From assembly GCA_050287085.1 (NCBI GenBank), contig JBNKBE010000023.1:1-64000 (forward strand): a stretch of DNA of 64,000 bases, in the 5' to 3' direction. This DNA comes from Polyangiaceae bacterium (GTDB taxonomy: Bacteria; Myxococcota_A; Polyangia; Polyangiales; Polyangiaceae). Made by a program: the position numbers and the translations under genes. Below the pieces are notes generated by a model that saw only the letters and a program-made list of their open reading frames with translations, had not been told where the DNA came from and made no database searches. Positions 10,029 through 20,218 of this stretch are shown piece by piece (position 1 is the first letter of the stretch; each line of letters starts with the position of its first letter).

Positions 10029-10229
10029 CTTCTGTTCATAAGCGGGTGGCTGCCGGGTGGCAACATCCCGCCGTTGGGCCGTCATCCACGAGCAGAGCGC
10101 TGGGACGGCGGGTTGGTCGGCAGCGGGAGTGACCCTTTTATGCCAGAACTCCATGGCTGCACCCGTGGAAGCATGGTTTCTTCCACGTCAAAGCCGCACC
10201 TTAGCGCGGGCCCTCCCTGGATCGGTGGA

Positions 10230-11546
10230 ATGAAAAAGAACTACGTGGTCGATAGCAACGTCCTGGTTCACGACCCCCAGGCCATCTTCAAGTTCGAAGA
10301 CAACAACCTCATCATCCCCATCTACGTCCTGGAAGAAGTCGATCGCTTCAAGCGCGACACGACGGAGCGAGGTCGCAACGCCCGAGAGATAGCAAGGCTT
10401 CTCGACGGTCTACGCGATCAGCACGGATCCTTGTCACAGCCGATCCCAACGCCGGGCGGGGGCACGTTGACCGTGTATTGCCCTGCCGAGCGACCGCGAC
10501 TCCGCGCCGCGCTCGATCCCAATGCGGCAGACCATATCATCGTCCAAAGCGCCATCGACATTCGCGACGCCTCGCCCCCGGAGATCCCCACCATCTTCGT
10601 CACGATGGACGTCAATCTGCGTATCCGCGCCGACGCGCTCGGGCTCCCTACGCAATCGTACGAAAACCAGAGCATCGAACCCGATCAGCTCAACCGGGGC
10701 ATCGTCGACCTGACGATCAGCGGCAACGCCTTCGACGAATTCTACAAGACCGGCTTGCTTGCCTTGGACGCAAAAGAGCTTCTACCGAACGTCTGCCTCA
10801 TGCTGAGACATGAAGGGGACGAACAGCGCACCGCGCTCGCGCGCTTTCACGCAAACGATGGCCTAGCGCACCGACTGCACGTGCCGCGCGAGGGGCTGAT
10901 GAGCGTTCGTCCTCGCAACAAGGAGCAGTCCTTCGCCCTCGACTTGCTGCTGGACCCGAAGGTTCGACTGGTGACCCTCGTTGGCATAGCAGGGACTGGC
11001 AAGACGCTTCTCGCACTGGCGGCTGGCCTCAGCCAAACAGTTCTAGACGGGTCATTCGCGCGTCTCCTGGTAAGCCGCCCCATTGTGCCCATGGGCAAAG
11101 ACTTGGGCTATTTGCCAGGAGATATTCAAGAGAAGATGGGACCGTGGATGAAGCCCATCTTCGACAATCTGGAGTTCTTGCTGCTCGGTGCCGGACGCCG
11201 CCGGGGGATCTCGGACGTAGACGCATTGATGGAGGGCGGGCAGATCGAGATCGAGCCGCTCACCTACATACGCGGCCGTAGCCTGCCCAACCAATACGTC
11301 ATCGTTGACGAGGCGCAGAATCTCACGCCCCACGAGGTCAAGACGGTGATCACTCGCTGCGCCGAAGGCACCAAAATCGTACTCACGGGCGATCCTTTCC
11401 AGATCGACAATCCCTATGTGGACAGCGCCAGCAACGGGCTGAGCGTGGTGGCCGATCGGCTGCAAGGCGAAGCACTGGCGGGGCATATCGTTCTGACCAA
11501 GGGAGAGCGGAGCGAACTGGCAAACCTCGCTGCCCGGAAGTTGTGA
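10230..11546 (+). CDS. PIN-PhoH fusion protein (PhoH2/YlaK-like)
   Basis: N-terminal PIN domain (YVVDSNVLVHDP, TMDVNLRIRA), Walker A GIAGTGKT, and RGRS...DEAQN. Confidence 0.93.
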   Translation: MKKNYVVDSNVLVHDPQAIFKFEDNNLIIPIYVLEEVDRFKRDTTERGRNAREIARLLDGLRDQHGSLSQPIPTPGGGTLTVYCPAERPRLRAALDPNAADHIIVQSAIDIRDASPPEIPTIFVTMDVNLRIRADALGLPTQSYENQSIEPDQLNRGIVDLTISGNAFDEFYKTGLLALDAKELLPNVCLMLRHEGDEQRTALARFHANDGLAHRLHVPREGLMSVRPRNKEQSFALDLLLDPKVRLVTLVGIAGTGKTLLALAAGLSQTVLDGSFARLLVSRPIVPMGKDLGYLPGDIQEKMGPWMKPIFDNLEFLLLGAGRRRGISDVDALMEGGQIEIEPLTYIRGRSLPNQYVIVDEAQNLTPHEVKTVITRCAEGTKIVLTGDPFQIDNPYVDSASNGLSVVADRLQGEALAGHIVLTKGERSELANLAARKL

Positions 11547-12610
11547 ACAGCGCGTCGTTGGAGCCGACAGAAGGCACCGAAACCAGGCCGCGCACGGCCT
11601 GGCCCTTTGCTGGCCCCAGTGTTTTGGCGCCGATGGAAGGTGTCACTCATCCAGCGCTTCGGGACCTCATGGTGAAGCTCGGCGGCCTTCACCTGGTGTG
11701 CACGGAATTCGTTCGCATCACTCAGGCCGCCGTGCACCCAGCGCTGATGCGCAAAGCGGTCCGCAAGTCTCCGGGTTGCCCGCTGAGCGTCCAGGTCATG
11801 GGCAACGACGAGCAACAGCTGGCCACGGCCGCTCAGCTCGTCGAGGCGGCGGGCGCAGACGTGGTCGATATCAATCTCGGTTGCCCCATGCCACGCGTTG
11901 TTCGAAAAGGCGTTGGTGCCGCGCTGCTGAAGGAGCCGGCGTTGCTTTCACGCATAATGCGCCGAATGCGAGGTGGAACCCGGGGGCTGCTGTCGGCGAA
12001 GATCCGTGCGGGCTTTGAGACTAGTGATGACGCGGTCGCCACCGCGCTGCGAGTGGAAGCTGAGGGCGTTGACTTCATCACCGTTCATCCTCGGCGGCGC
12101 GCCGACTTCTACCGCGGCGTCGCCGATTGGCGGATCATCGCAGAGATCCGCCAGGCCCTGACCATTCCGGTGGTCGGCAACGGGGACGTCTGGTACGCCA
12201 AAGACGCGTTTCGGATGCAGCAAGAAACCGGCGCCGACGCGGTCATGATCGGCCGTCCCGCGCTTCGCAATCCTTGGATCTTCGTCCAGATAGAGCAGCA
12301 CCGTCGGGGGCTCACCCCGATGGCACCCTCTGGCCAAGACCTATTCGAACATATCTCGCGTCTCGCAGCAGAGTGGCAAAGCCACTTCAAGCAGCGCCGG
12401 GCCGGAGGGATCGGGCCCTTCAAGGAACACCTGCGCTACCTGGCTCGGGCGGTAGACGCCAGTGGGGACTTCGGCAAACGGGCCCTGAGATTGGATAGCA
12501 TCGACAGCATCCTGTCGCTCTGCGATCTTGAACTTGCGCCCCGAAGCGCCGATTCGCTCGACCTGCTCTTTGAAGGACACCTCGCCTTCGAGCGGTCGGG
12601 CGGAACCTGA
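11543..12610 (+). CDS. tRNA-dihydrouridine synthase family protein
   Basis: LAPMEGVT, DINLGCP, GAALL, KIRAG, ITVHPR, GNGDV and VMIGR motifs. Confidence 0.92.
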   Translation: MNSASLEPTEGTETRPRTAWPFAGPSVLAPMEGVTHPALRDLMVKLGGLHLVCTEFVRITQAAVHPALMRKAVRKSPGCPLSVQVMGNDEQQLATAAQLVEAAGADVVDINLGCPMPRVVRKGVGAALLKEPALLSRIMRRMRGGTRGLLSAKIRAGFETSDDAVATALRVEAEGVDFITVHPRRRADFYRGVADWRIIAEIRQALTIPVVGNGDVWYAKDAFRMQQETGADAVMIGRPALRNPWIFVQIEQHRRGLTPMAPSGQDLFEHISRLAAEWQSHFKQRRAGGIGPFKEHLRYLARAVDASGDFGKRALRLDSIDSILSLCDLELAPRSADSLDLLFEGHLAFERSGGT

Positions 12611-12658
12611 CGCTTGGATGTTGTCCGACGGGTCATCCATCCCTACGGTGCGCACGCG

Positions 12659-15562
12659 ATGAACGAGCTATTCGACGCTATCCGCTCCGCGTGTTCACCG
12701 AGCACTTGGTCGCAAGGGGTCGAGTTGACTCGACGTCTTGCGGTCGCGGGCGCCGCCGAGACGGAGGAGGAGATATCTTTGCACGTGAAGATCCCCGACC
12801 GCGTCGTGCCGTATTCCGTGCGACTATATCCAGAAGACGCCGAATGGGATTGCGACTGCAACTCGCGTGCCGACTGCTGCGAACACGTCGCGGCAGCGGT
12901 GATCGCCGTGCGCAAGGCGAAGAGCGCCGGTGAAGCCCTGCCGAAGGGCCTCACAACCCAGGCGAAGCTTCGCTACGTCCTGCGGCCCCACCGAGACGAA
13001 CTGGCCTTGGGACGGGAATTAGTGCGAGCCGATGGTACGGTCATTGCACTCAAGGGGACACTCGCAAGTGCCGTGGCCCGCAAGACCGCTGGCGTGGACC
13101 TGGCCCCAACCCAAGACGATCTGAACGTCGATCGCTTGCTCCCGCAAGGCGACGCCCCGCTGCATCGCGACCGAGCCTGGCAAGTTCTCAAGATTCTGAG
13201 CGCAGCCCCGAACGTGGAGTTCCGCGGCAAGGCCATCCACATCTCAACCGAACCGCTGCGGCCGCGCGCCCGAGTTGAGGACGCCTTACACGGCGGATTC
13301 CGTGTCGTAGTCGAGCGCCCCGCGGGGATCGACGAAGTGATCGCCTCAGGGATCGTGCGGGCGGGAGACTCGCTCCACCGCCTGGCAGAAACCGATGTCA
13401 CCGGACTGCGTCTGGAGCGTCTCCCCGACGAGAAGACCTACGACAAGCGAGATACGCTCACCCTGGTGACCGAGGTGCTGCCCGAACTGCGCCGCCGTTT
13501 CGAACTGGTCATCGCGACCGACCGGCTGCCGGAAATTGACGAGACAATGCGCCCTCGTCTGGAACTGGAGGTCACCCAATCCGGAGACGAACTGAGCGTG
13601 CTTCCGGTTGTCGTCTACGGCAACCCGCCAGTCGCGCGCATCGACGGTCACCGCCTCCACTACCTCGGTGGCGCAATCCCCGTGCGCAACCAGGCGGCCG
13701 AGGCCCGACTCGAAACCCTCGCTCGACGCGACCTAGGGCTTTCTCCCGGTCGTAGGCTCTCGCTTCGGGGAGAAGCCGCCCTTGAGCTCGCAGCGCGGGT
13801 CGACGCCTTCCACAACCAAAAGGGAAGCTCAAGACCTCCCCTGGTGCATCGGACACAGCTGGCCCCAAACCTGTCGACACAAGAAGTTGGGCGCCTGCGC
13901 TTCGTCGCACGGGATACGGGGGAAGTGCTGGAGGCCACTCCCGAAGCGGTGCTGCGCGCTTGGGAAGGGCAGCTCCCCCTGGTCCCGTTGCTTGGTGGCG
14001 GCTTCGCCCCGTTGCCGACCGAGTTCATCCGCAAACATGAGGAAGCCCTGCGCACAGTATTGGCGGCCAGGGTGGATAGCGGCGATACGCGACCACACGC
14101 CTTACCGGCACTGGCTGAACTTTACAGCGCACTGCAATGCCCGCCACCGCCCGACCTGAAGCAGGCGATGGCCCTTCTCGAAGCCGACCAACTGCCCCCC
14201 CCGGCCTTGCCGGAGGACCTGACCGCCACGCTGCGCCCCTATCAGAGCACAGGCATCGCGTGGCTGCTCAGAATGCGCGCGCTCGGTCTCGGCGCCGTGT
14301 TGGCCGACGACATGGGCCTCGGCAAGACGCTACAGGCCATTTGCGTTTTGGAAGCGCCCGCTCTGGTGGTGTGTCCGACCAGTCTGGTAACGAATTGGAG
14401 CCAAGAACTCGCACGCTTTCGTCCCGGACTCAGGGTCCACGCTTATCAGGGTCGAGACCGAACGCTCGACGAGCAACGCGACGTAACGGTCACAAGCCAC
14501 GCCCTGCTACGACGCGACCTCGAAACGCTCTCGCAAACGCGATACCGGACGCTCGTGCTCGATGAGGCTCAAGCGATAAAGAACCCTGAGAGCCAACTCG
14601 CACAGGCCGCTTTCCGGATCCAAGCAGATTTCAAACTCTCGCTCAGTGGCACTCCGATCGAGAACCGCCTGGAGGAGCTCTGGTCGCAGCTTCACTTCAC
14701 GAACCCTGGCCTGCTGGGTGGGACCGCCGAGTTCCAGCGGCGGTACGTGGCGCCCATCGCTGCCGGGGAAGCAGCAGCCGCGGAAGCGCTCCGCCGGAAG
14801 GTGAGACCCTTCATCCTGCGGCGCGACAAGAAGACGGTCGCGCCCGACCTGCCTCCGCGCTCGGATTGGATCGAGTGGTGCGAGCTCGACGACGGGGAGA
14901 GAACCCTATACGACGCCCTGCACGAGGCAACTCGCAGTGAAGTGCTGGAGAAGCTGCAGGCTGGAGGCAACATTATGCACGCCCTCGAAGCCCTCTTGCG
15001 TTTGCGCCAGGCCGCATGCCATCCGGGTCTCGTACCCGGTCACGGCGGCGTGACGTCATCCTCCAAGCTGGAGCGCCTTGTGACGCAGCTGCAGGCGGCG
15101 AGCTTGGACGGACACCGCGCGCTGGTGTTTTCGCAATGGACTCGCCTGCTCGATCTGGTTGAACCAGCGCTGAAGGAAGCCGAAATCTCCTTTTCACGTC
15201 TCGACGGAAGCACACGCGACCGCGGCGAAGTTGTGAGTCGCTTTCAGGCCGACGATGGCCCCACTGTGATGTTATTGAGCCTCAAGGCCGGAGGCACCGG
15301 ACTGAACCTCACGGCCGCCGACCACGTCTTCTTGCTCGACCTGTGGTGGAATCCAGCCGTGGAAGCCCAAGCCGCCGACCGCGCCCATCGCATCGGACAG
15401 ACGCGGCCGGTGTTTGTACATCGTTTGGTCGCCAGAAACACAGTCGAAGAACGCATCGTGCAGCTTCAAGAGCGCAAACGGGCCTTGGCCGATCTAGCCC
15501 TGGAAGACGCTAGCGTTGCTGCGGCTCTGACCCGGGACGACCTGCTGGAACTACTAGCCTAG
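12659..15562 (+). CDS. SWIM zinc finger + SNF2-family helicase/ATPase
   Basis: SWIM CDC...CEH, LRPYQ, LADDMGLGKT, DEAQ, SGTPIEN, LVFSQW, GGTGLNL and QAADRAHRIGQ. Confidence 0.94.
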   Translation: MNELFDAIRSACSPSTWSQGVELTRRLAVAGAAETEEEISLHVKIPDRVVPYSVRLYPEDAEWDCDCNSRADCCEHVAAAVIAVRKAKSAGEALPKGLTTQAKLRYVLRPHRDELALGRELVRADGTVIALKGTLASAVARKTAGVDLAPTQDDLNVDRLLPQGDAPLHRDRAWQVLKILSAAPNVEFRGKAIHISTEPLRPRARVEDALHGGFRVVVERPAGIDEVIASGIVRAGDSLHRLAETDVTGLRLERLPDEKTYDKRDTLTLVTEVLPELRRRFELVIATDRLPEIDETMRPRLELEVTQSGDELSVLPVVVYGNPPVARIDGHRLHYLGGAIPVRNQAAEARLETLARRDLGLSPGRRLSLRGEAALELAARVDAFHNQKGSSRPPLVHRTQLAPNLSTQEVGRLRFVARDTGEVLEATPEAVLRAWEGQLPLVPLLGGGFAPLPTEFIRKHEEALRTVLAARVDSGDTRPHALPALAELYSALQCPPPPDLKQAMALLEADQLPPPALPEDLTATLRPYQSTGIAWLLRMRALGLGAVLADDMGLGKTLQAICVLEAPALVVCPTSLVTNWSQELARFRPGLRVHAYQGRDRTLDEQRDVTVTSHALLRRDLETLSQTRYRTLVLDEAQAIKNPESQLAQAAFRIQADFKLSLSGTPIENRLEELWSQLHFTNPGLLGGTAEFQRRYVAPIAAGEAAAAEALRRKVRPFILRRDKKTVAPDLPPRSDWIEWCELDDGERTLYDALHEATRSEVLEKLQAGGNIMHALEALLRLRQAACHPGLVPGHGGVTSSSKLERLVTQLQAASLDGHRALVFSQWTRLLDLVEPALKEAEISFSRLDGSTRDRGEVVSRFQADDGPTVMLLSLKAGGTGLNLTAADHVFLLDLWWNPAVEAQAADRAHRIGQTRPVFVHRLVARNTVEERIVQLQERKRALADLALEDASVAAALTRDDLLELLA

Positions 15563-15613
15563 GTTCATGTCTCCCCTTGGCACGGCGGGGGGAGCCTGGC
15601 ACAGTGACCGCGC

Positions 15614-16531
15614 ATGGACGCGACCCAACTAAGCTGTGTTCTGGTCGTTGGCCTCGGACGAATGGGGCGCGGCATTGCCGAGACCTGCGCTCTCGCGGGG
15701 CTCCGCGTCGTGGCTTGTGACCAAGATGACGACAGAACGGCCACCGCCGTGGCGCACATCCATGGCCGTCTGGGAAAACACGTCGAGGCGGGCAAGGTCA
15801 CAACTGAAGAGGCCATGCGGGCGCGCTCCCGTATCACAACCTCGTCCATTGAACACGGCGCGCCCAGCGCGCAGCTGGCGATCGAAGCCGCCCCTGATGA
15901 CTACGATCTGAAGGCCGACCTACTGGCACGCATCGACGCGCGCTTGCCCAAGATGTCGATCATTGCGACCAGTACGTCGTCGCTCTCGATATCGAAACTA
16001 GCGGCGACGACCTCGCGTAGCCCGCGTGTTGTCGGAATGCACTTCATGAACCCGGTAATGGCCATGCAACTGGTGGAGGTCGTGCGTGGCATCGACACCA
16101 GTCCGCATACCTTGGAGTTCGCCAAGGCGTTTACCGAACGTCTGAAGAAGAAGTGCATCATCAGCGAGGACCGACCGGGGTTCGTGGTCAACCGTTTGCT
16201 GATCCCTCTGCTCAATGAAGCGTGTTTCGCGCTGCAAGAGGGTGTTGCGAGCGTCGAGGATATCGACGCTGGGGCGCAGCTTGGACTCAATCATCCGATG
16301 GGCCCGCTCAGACTCGCGGATTTCATTGGCCTGGACGTAGTCCTCACTATTGCCGAAGCCCTGCACCGCGAGATCGGGGACGATAAGTACCGCCCGGCAG
16401 TGCTGCTCCGCAACTTGGTGGCAGCGGGGCGCCTCGGCAATAAGACGGGCCGCGGGTTCTACCTATACGAAAGCGGGAAGCCCGTCGGTCCAGCGCTGCG
16501 CTACGCCAAGTTCACTCACGACCGGGAGTGA
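15614..16531 (+). CDS. 3-hydroxybutyryl-CoA / 3-hydroxyacyl-CoA dehydrogenase
   Basis: GLGRMG, IEAAP, TSSLSIS, GMHFMNP, PGFVVNR and HPMGPLRLADFIGLD. Confidence 0.93.
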   Translation: MDATQLSCVLVVGLGRMGRGIAETCALAGLRVVACDQDDDRTATAVAHIHGRLGKHVEAGKVTTEEAMRARSRITTSSIEHGAPSAQLAIEAAPDDYDLKADLLARIDARLPKMSIIATSTSSLSISKLAATTSRSPRVVGMHFMNPVMAMQLVEVVRGIDTSPHTLEFAKAFTERLKKKCIISEDRPGFVVNRLLIPLLNEACFALQEGVASVEDIDAGAQLGLNHPMGPLRLADFIGLDVVLTIAEALHREIGDDKYRPAVLLRNLVAAGRLGNKTGRGFYLYESGKPVGPALRYAKFTHDRE

Positions 16532-17474
16532 GCCCCGCGGCTCCGTCGGACTCTGCCTCGCGCTCCGACACCCACAGCAACACCAGGGCGATCCACACCC
16601 CTTGAGCGAGTAGCAGATGCAAGAGCTGCAACCAGCCGGGAGCACCGAGCGCGATATTGACCACGCCAGCACCGAGCTGCACCAGGGTAAACCAGTACGT
16701 CCAGGCGCCGGCCTTCCTTCCGGCGCCTGACAATGAGCGTTCACAGCGGCGCGCAACCCACAGCACATAGGCCCCAGCCAATACGGCCACCGCTGGATGA
16801 ACAACTCGCAACTGCAACAAGAAGTGCTGTCCAGAAGCCAGTTCCGCCCGAATGTGATGCAGGCTCGCCCGCTCGGAAACAGGGAATAGGGTATCCCCCA
16901 GCGCGGTAATGGCGCCGGTCAGTCCCACAAGCACCATCAGGACCAGAGCGATCGCAACCGGTCCACGCATAGCGGGAAGCCCCGGACGGCCGTGGCCTCC
17001 GCCCCAATAGGCCGTCAGAGCGGCTGCCGCCACCAAGATGAGCGTATTGACCAAGTGCAGCCCCACAACTACGGCCCGCGCTAGCGACGCGTCGCTGGCC
17101 ACCAGCCCCTTCAGAACGAGGCCGGCCCCTAGCGCGGCTTCGAACACCACCCACAGGGCCGTCACGACTGACATGCGAACCACGGCCTTGGGTTGCCGCG
17201 CACGCCAGGCCCAGACCACTAGCCCGATCACCAAGGGGCCCAGGAGCCCACTCGTCACGCGATGTGTGAACTCGATCACGGTCTGCGTCGCCGGTGAGCG
17301 CGGCAGGAGCTCGCCGTGGCACGTTGGCCAATGCTCGCCGCAACCGGCACCCGAACCGGTCACCCGCACCCACGCACCGTAGACGATGACCAATACGAGG
17401 TAGAGAAGAACGCCCCACGCATAGCGCCCAAACCCGGGACCCCGCGCGTCTGGCTTGGCAGAAATCACCGACAT
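16512..17474 (-). CDS. ctaA: COX15/CtaA family heme A synthase
   Basis: GSGAGCGEHWPTCHG, IEFTHR and conserved His in HL/HP/HL motifs; about 8 TM helices. Confidence 0.85.
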   Translation of the reverse strand: MSVISAKPDARGPGFGRYAWGVLLYLVLVIVYGAWVRVTGSGAGCGEHWPTCHGELLPRSPATQTVIEFTHRVTSGLLGPLVIGLVVWAWRARQPKAVVRMSVVTALWVVFEAALGAGLVLKGLVASDASLARAVVVGLHLVNTLILVAAAALTAYWGGGHGRPGLPAMRGPVAIALVLMVLVGLTGAITALGDTLFPVSERASLHHIRAELASGQHFLLQLRVVHPAVAVLAGAYVLWVARRCERSLSGAGRKAGAWTYWFTLVQLGAGVVNIALGAPGWLQLLHLLLAQGVWIALVLLWVSEREAESDGAAGLTPGRE

Positions 17475-17578
17475 GATCGTTCGGGTCTAGTGGCGTTTCC
17501 AGCTCCCTGCCAAGCCCACAGAGCGTCGAAAGCGCTGCGGGTGCTGGCAGCAGGGCCGCATTCGCGATACCAAGAGCC

Positions 17579-18760
17579 ATGGCTGAGCCGATTTACATTG
17601 TGACCGGGACCCGCACCCCGATCGGTGCCTTCTTGGGAGTGTTCGCCGATGTGCCCGCGCCAGAGCTTGGCGCAGTGGCGGTGCGTGGGGCTTTCACTCG
17701 CGCGGGCGTCCCGCCGTCAAGCGTGGAAGAGGTCGTGATGGGCAACGTCCTCGCCGCAGGACTCGGCCAGGCACCGGCACGCCAAGTCGTTCGGCGCGCA
17801 GGGCTGCCTGACACAGTACCCGCGCTCGGGATCAGCAAGGTGTGTGGTTCGGGCATGGCCGCTGTCATTCACGCCGCTCGCTCCATCGCGTTGGGCGAGC
17901 GGCAGATGGCGATCGCGGGGGGCATGGAAAACATGTCAAGCGCGCCCTACTACCTGCCCAGGGCGCGCCAAGGCTATCGCATGGGTGACGGCGCGCTGCA
18001 GGACGGCATGATCTTCGACGGCCTGTGGGATCCCTACGGCCACGGTCATATGGGCGAAGCCGCTGAGTTGTGTGTGCAGCGCTATTCGCTGTCCCGAGAA
18101 GAACAGGACGACTTCGCAACTGAGAGCTACCGTCGCGCTCAAGCTGCTCAGCGCTCGGGTGCTTTCGACGAAGAACTTGAGGCCGTATTGGTTCCGCGCA
18201 AGAAGGGCGATCCTAACGCAATCAAGCGTGACGAAGAACCCGCCCGGGGCATGCCGGAGAAGTTTGCGCGCCTGCGCCCCGCGTTTCGCTCGGACGGCAC
18301 CATCACAGCGGCTAACGCTTCGAGCATCAACGACGGTGCCGCGGCCCTGCTACTGGCCAGCGAAAGCGCGGTGCGTGACTACGACCTGACGCCACTAGCT
18401 CGCATTACGGGCTGGGGCGGAGCCGCCCACGCTCCGGAGTGGTTCACCACAGCGCCCATAAGCGCCGTCAACAACACATTGAAGCGATTGCATCTGAGCC
18501 CGGGTGACATCGATCTTTGGGAGATCAATGAAGCCTTCGCTTGCGTGACCCTCGCCGCAAACCGCCAATTGGGGCTCGATCCGGCGGCGGTGAATATCCA
18601 CGGCGGGGCCGTTGCCCTCGGTCATCCAATTGGCGCAAGCGGCGCTCGAATCCTTGTCACGCTGCTCTACGCGCTCAAGCAGAAAGGCCTGAGACGTGGG
18701 GTTGCTACCCTCTGCATTGGAGGGGGTGAGGCGTTGGCAGTGGTCATCGAGCGGACCTAG
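17579..18760 (+). CDS. Acetyl-CoA C-acetyltransferase (thiolase)
   Basis: GQAPARQ, KVCGSG, TAANASSINDGA, EINEAFA, GHPIGASG and LCIGGG. Confidence 0.96.
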   Translation: MAEPIYIVTGTRTPIGAFLGVFADVPAPELGAVAVRGAFTRAGVPPSSVEEVVMGNVLAAGLGQAPARQVVRRAGLPDTVPALGISKVCGSGMAAVIHAARSIALGERQMAIAGGMENMSSAPYYLPRARQGYRMGDGALQDGMIFDGLWDPYGHGHMGEAAELCVQRYSLSREEQDDFATESYRRAQAAQRSGAFDEELEAVLVPRKKGDPNAIKRDEEPARGMPEKFARLRPAFRSDGTITAANASSINDGAAALLLASESAVRDYDLTPLARITGWGGAAHAPEWFTTAPISAVNNTLKRLHLSPGDIDLWEINEAFACVTLAANRQLGLDPAAVNIHGGAVALGHPIGASGARILVTLLYALKQKGLRRGVATLCIGGGEALAVVIERT

Positions 18761-18770
18761 CGACGGACGA

Positions 18771-19592
18771 ATGCCCAACTCTCCTGTACACAACTCGCCC
18801 CATCGCTCGTCCCGTATTCCTCAGAACGGCGCTCCCCCCGGTTCTGCTGTCGACCCTATTGCCAGCACCTGGGAGGGGGTTGCGTTGCTGCTACAGGCTT
18901 ATCGCTTCCTGCGCCGCGAGCGGCTGTGGTGGCTTGCCTCAGCGCCCGCCGCCTGTTTTCTCAGCGTTCTGGCAATACTCCTCTACTTCGGTCTTCCCGC
19001 CATACACCAGCTGGTCAACACCTGGATAAGCCCCTCCACGACCTGGTACGGCCCGCTGCTGAAATCCATTGTTTATGTTGCCGGCGTCTTCATCACCCTG
19101 TTCGTGGCGGTGTTCGCCGCGACCCTGAGCGCACCCTGGCTCTGCGCACCGGCCTTGGACAGGCTCGTTCACCACCAAGCCGCCGCCCTCAAAGCCCCGC
19201 TCCCCCGAAGTCGAGGCCTACGGTACGAGCTTCTGTGCACGATTCGAGCGCAACTCTGGGGCTGGCTCATTTTCGGCCCCCCGCTGCTTGTGTTGAGCGG
19301 CGTCAATCTCATGTTCGCTCCCAGCGTCTTGATAACCTTCCCCTTGCAGCTGCTGTTCACGTCGCTGAGTCTCGGCTGGAGCGTGTTGGATATCCCTCTC
19401 TCGTTGGCCGGCATTCCCGCTGGACGCCGCTTTGCACTGCTCCGTCGCCACTACCGAGCCGCCCTGGGCCTGAGCCTCGGACTGGCGCTCTTGTTCTGGG
19501 TCCCGTTCGGGGGCGTCGTGTTGCTGCCCGTCGGAGTGGTAGCCGCCACCCGCTTGATGGTTGCCATGATGGCTGGCGGCAAAAGCTCTTGA
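18771..19592 (+). CDS. EI24/CysZ-like membrane protein
   Basis: CysZ-like layout: 'LQAYRFL...LWWLASAP' N-terminus, APALDRL, LDIPL, and a C-terminal LLPVGVVAATRL. Confidence 0.7.
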   Translation: MPNSPVHNSPHRSSRIPQNGAPPGSAVDPIASTWEGVALLLQAYRFLRRERLWWLASAPAACFLSVLAILLYFGLPAIHQLVNTWISPSTTWYGPLLKSIVYVAGVFITLFVAVFAATLSAPWLCAPALDRLVHHQAAALKAPLPRSRGLRYELLCTIRAQLWGWLIFGPPLLVLSGVNLMFAPSVLITFPLQLLFTSLSLGWSVLDIPLSLAGIPAGRRFALLRRHYRAALGLSLGLALLFWVPFGGVVLLPVGVVAATRLMVAMMAGGKSS

Positions 19593-19788
19593 GGCCCCTC
19601 CCAGAAGTCCGACCTCGCCCCCGAAGCCGGTTCCGACGGACGCGAGCCCCAGGCCAACCAGCCAACCATGACGAGCTAAATCACTGAAATGAAAGCACTA
19701 TGACCCCCCACCTAGATCGACCCTGCGGCGGCGTTTTCGTCACTTGCGAGTTGCAAATCGTCGAAAGCTTTGAGAAGTTCCCGGTCCC

Positions 19789-20013
19789 TTGTCCAACCCG
19801 AGTGAAGCAGTCCAGTGCAAGCCCCTCCAGGTCGTCGTCGACGGTAAAGGGGTTGAACGTGCCATCAAACACCTGAAGCGGAAGCTTGCTGCGGAAGGTC
19901 TCTTGCGGGAGCTGAAGAAGCGTCGGCATCACATGAAGCCGTCGATCAAGAAGCGCAAGAAGATTGCCGAGGCGGCGCGTCGTCGTCGCAAGCGCGACCG
20001 CATGATGGACTAG
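19789..20013 (+). CDS. rpsU: 30S ribosomal protein S21
   Basis: VERAIKHLKRK...LRELKKRRHHMKPSIKKRKK; TTG start. Confidence 0.92.
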   Translation: MSNPSEAVQCKPLQVVVDGKGVERAIKHLKRKLAAEGLLRELKKRRHHMKPSIKKRKKIAEAARRRRKRDRMMD

Positions 20014-20218
20014 TTCGTTGGTTTGCTGCCTCTGAACGGTGATAGCGAGCTCGCAGGACGCGATCGAGCTATCCGTTGTCTGGAGCTACGGGCAGCAATC
20101 TAGGTCAACACCCGCGTGGTGTTGGCCTTTTCGTGTTTTGTCCTGCGCGCCCTGAACGCTGCAGCTCGCCATCACAGCGAAAGCGGCCACCGCCTCCCAC
20201 CTTCTGCGTTCACAGGCC

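Noticed and set aside
9747..10229. N-terminal extension of the PhoH ORF (similar extensions at 8160-8513 and 54020-54571)
   Set aside because: They overlap neighbouring genes; family homology starts at the downstream start codon.
2284..15562. Defence island (BREX/DISARM) from MTase + SNF2 + PIN genes
   Set aside because: The genes are separated by housekeeping genes, no pglZ/brxC/drm partners are seen, and SWIM-SNF2 and PIN-PhoH are common core genes.
15597..15611. sigma54 promoter TGGCAC-N5-CCGC before the hydroxyacyl-CoA dehydrogenase
   Set aside because: The implied TSS would fall downstream of the ATG at 15614, and the -12 match is poor.
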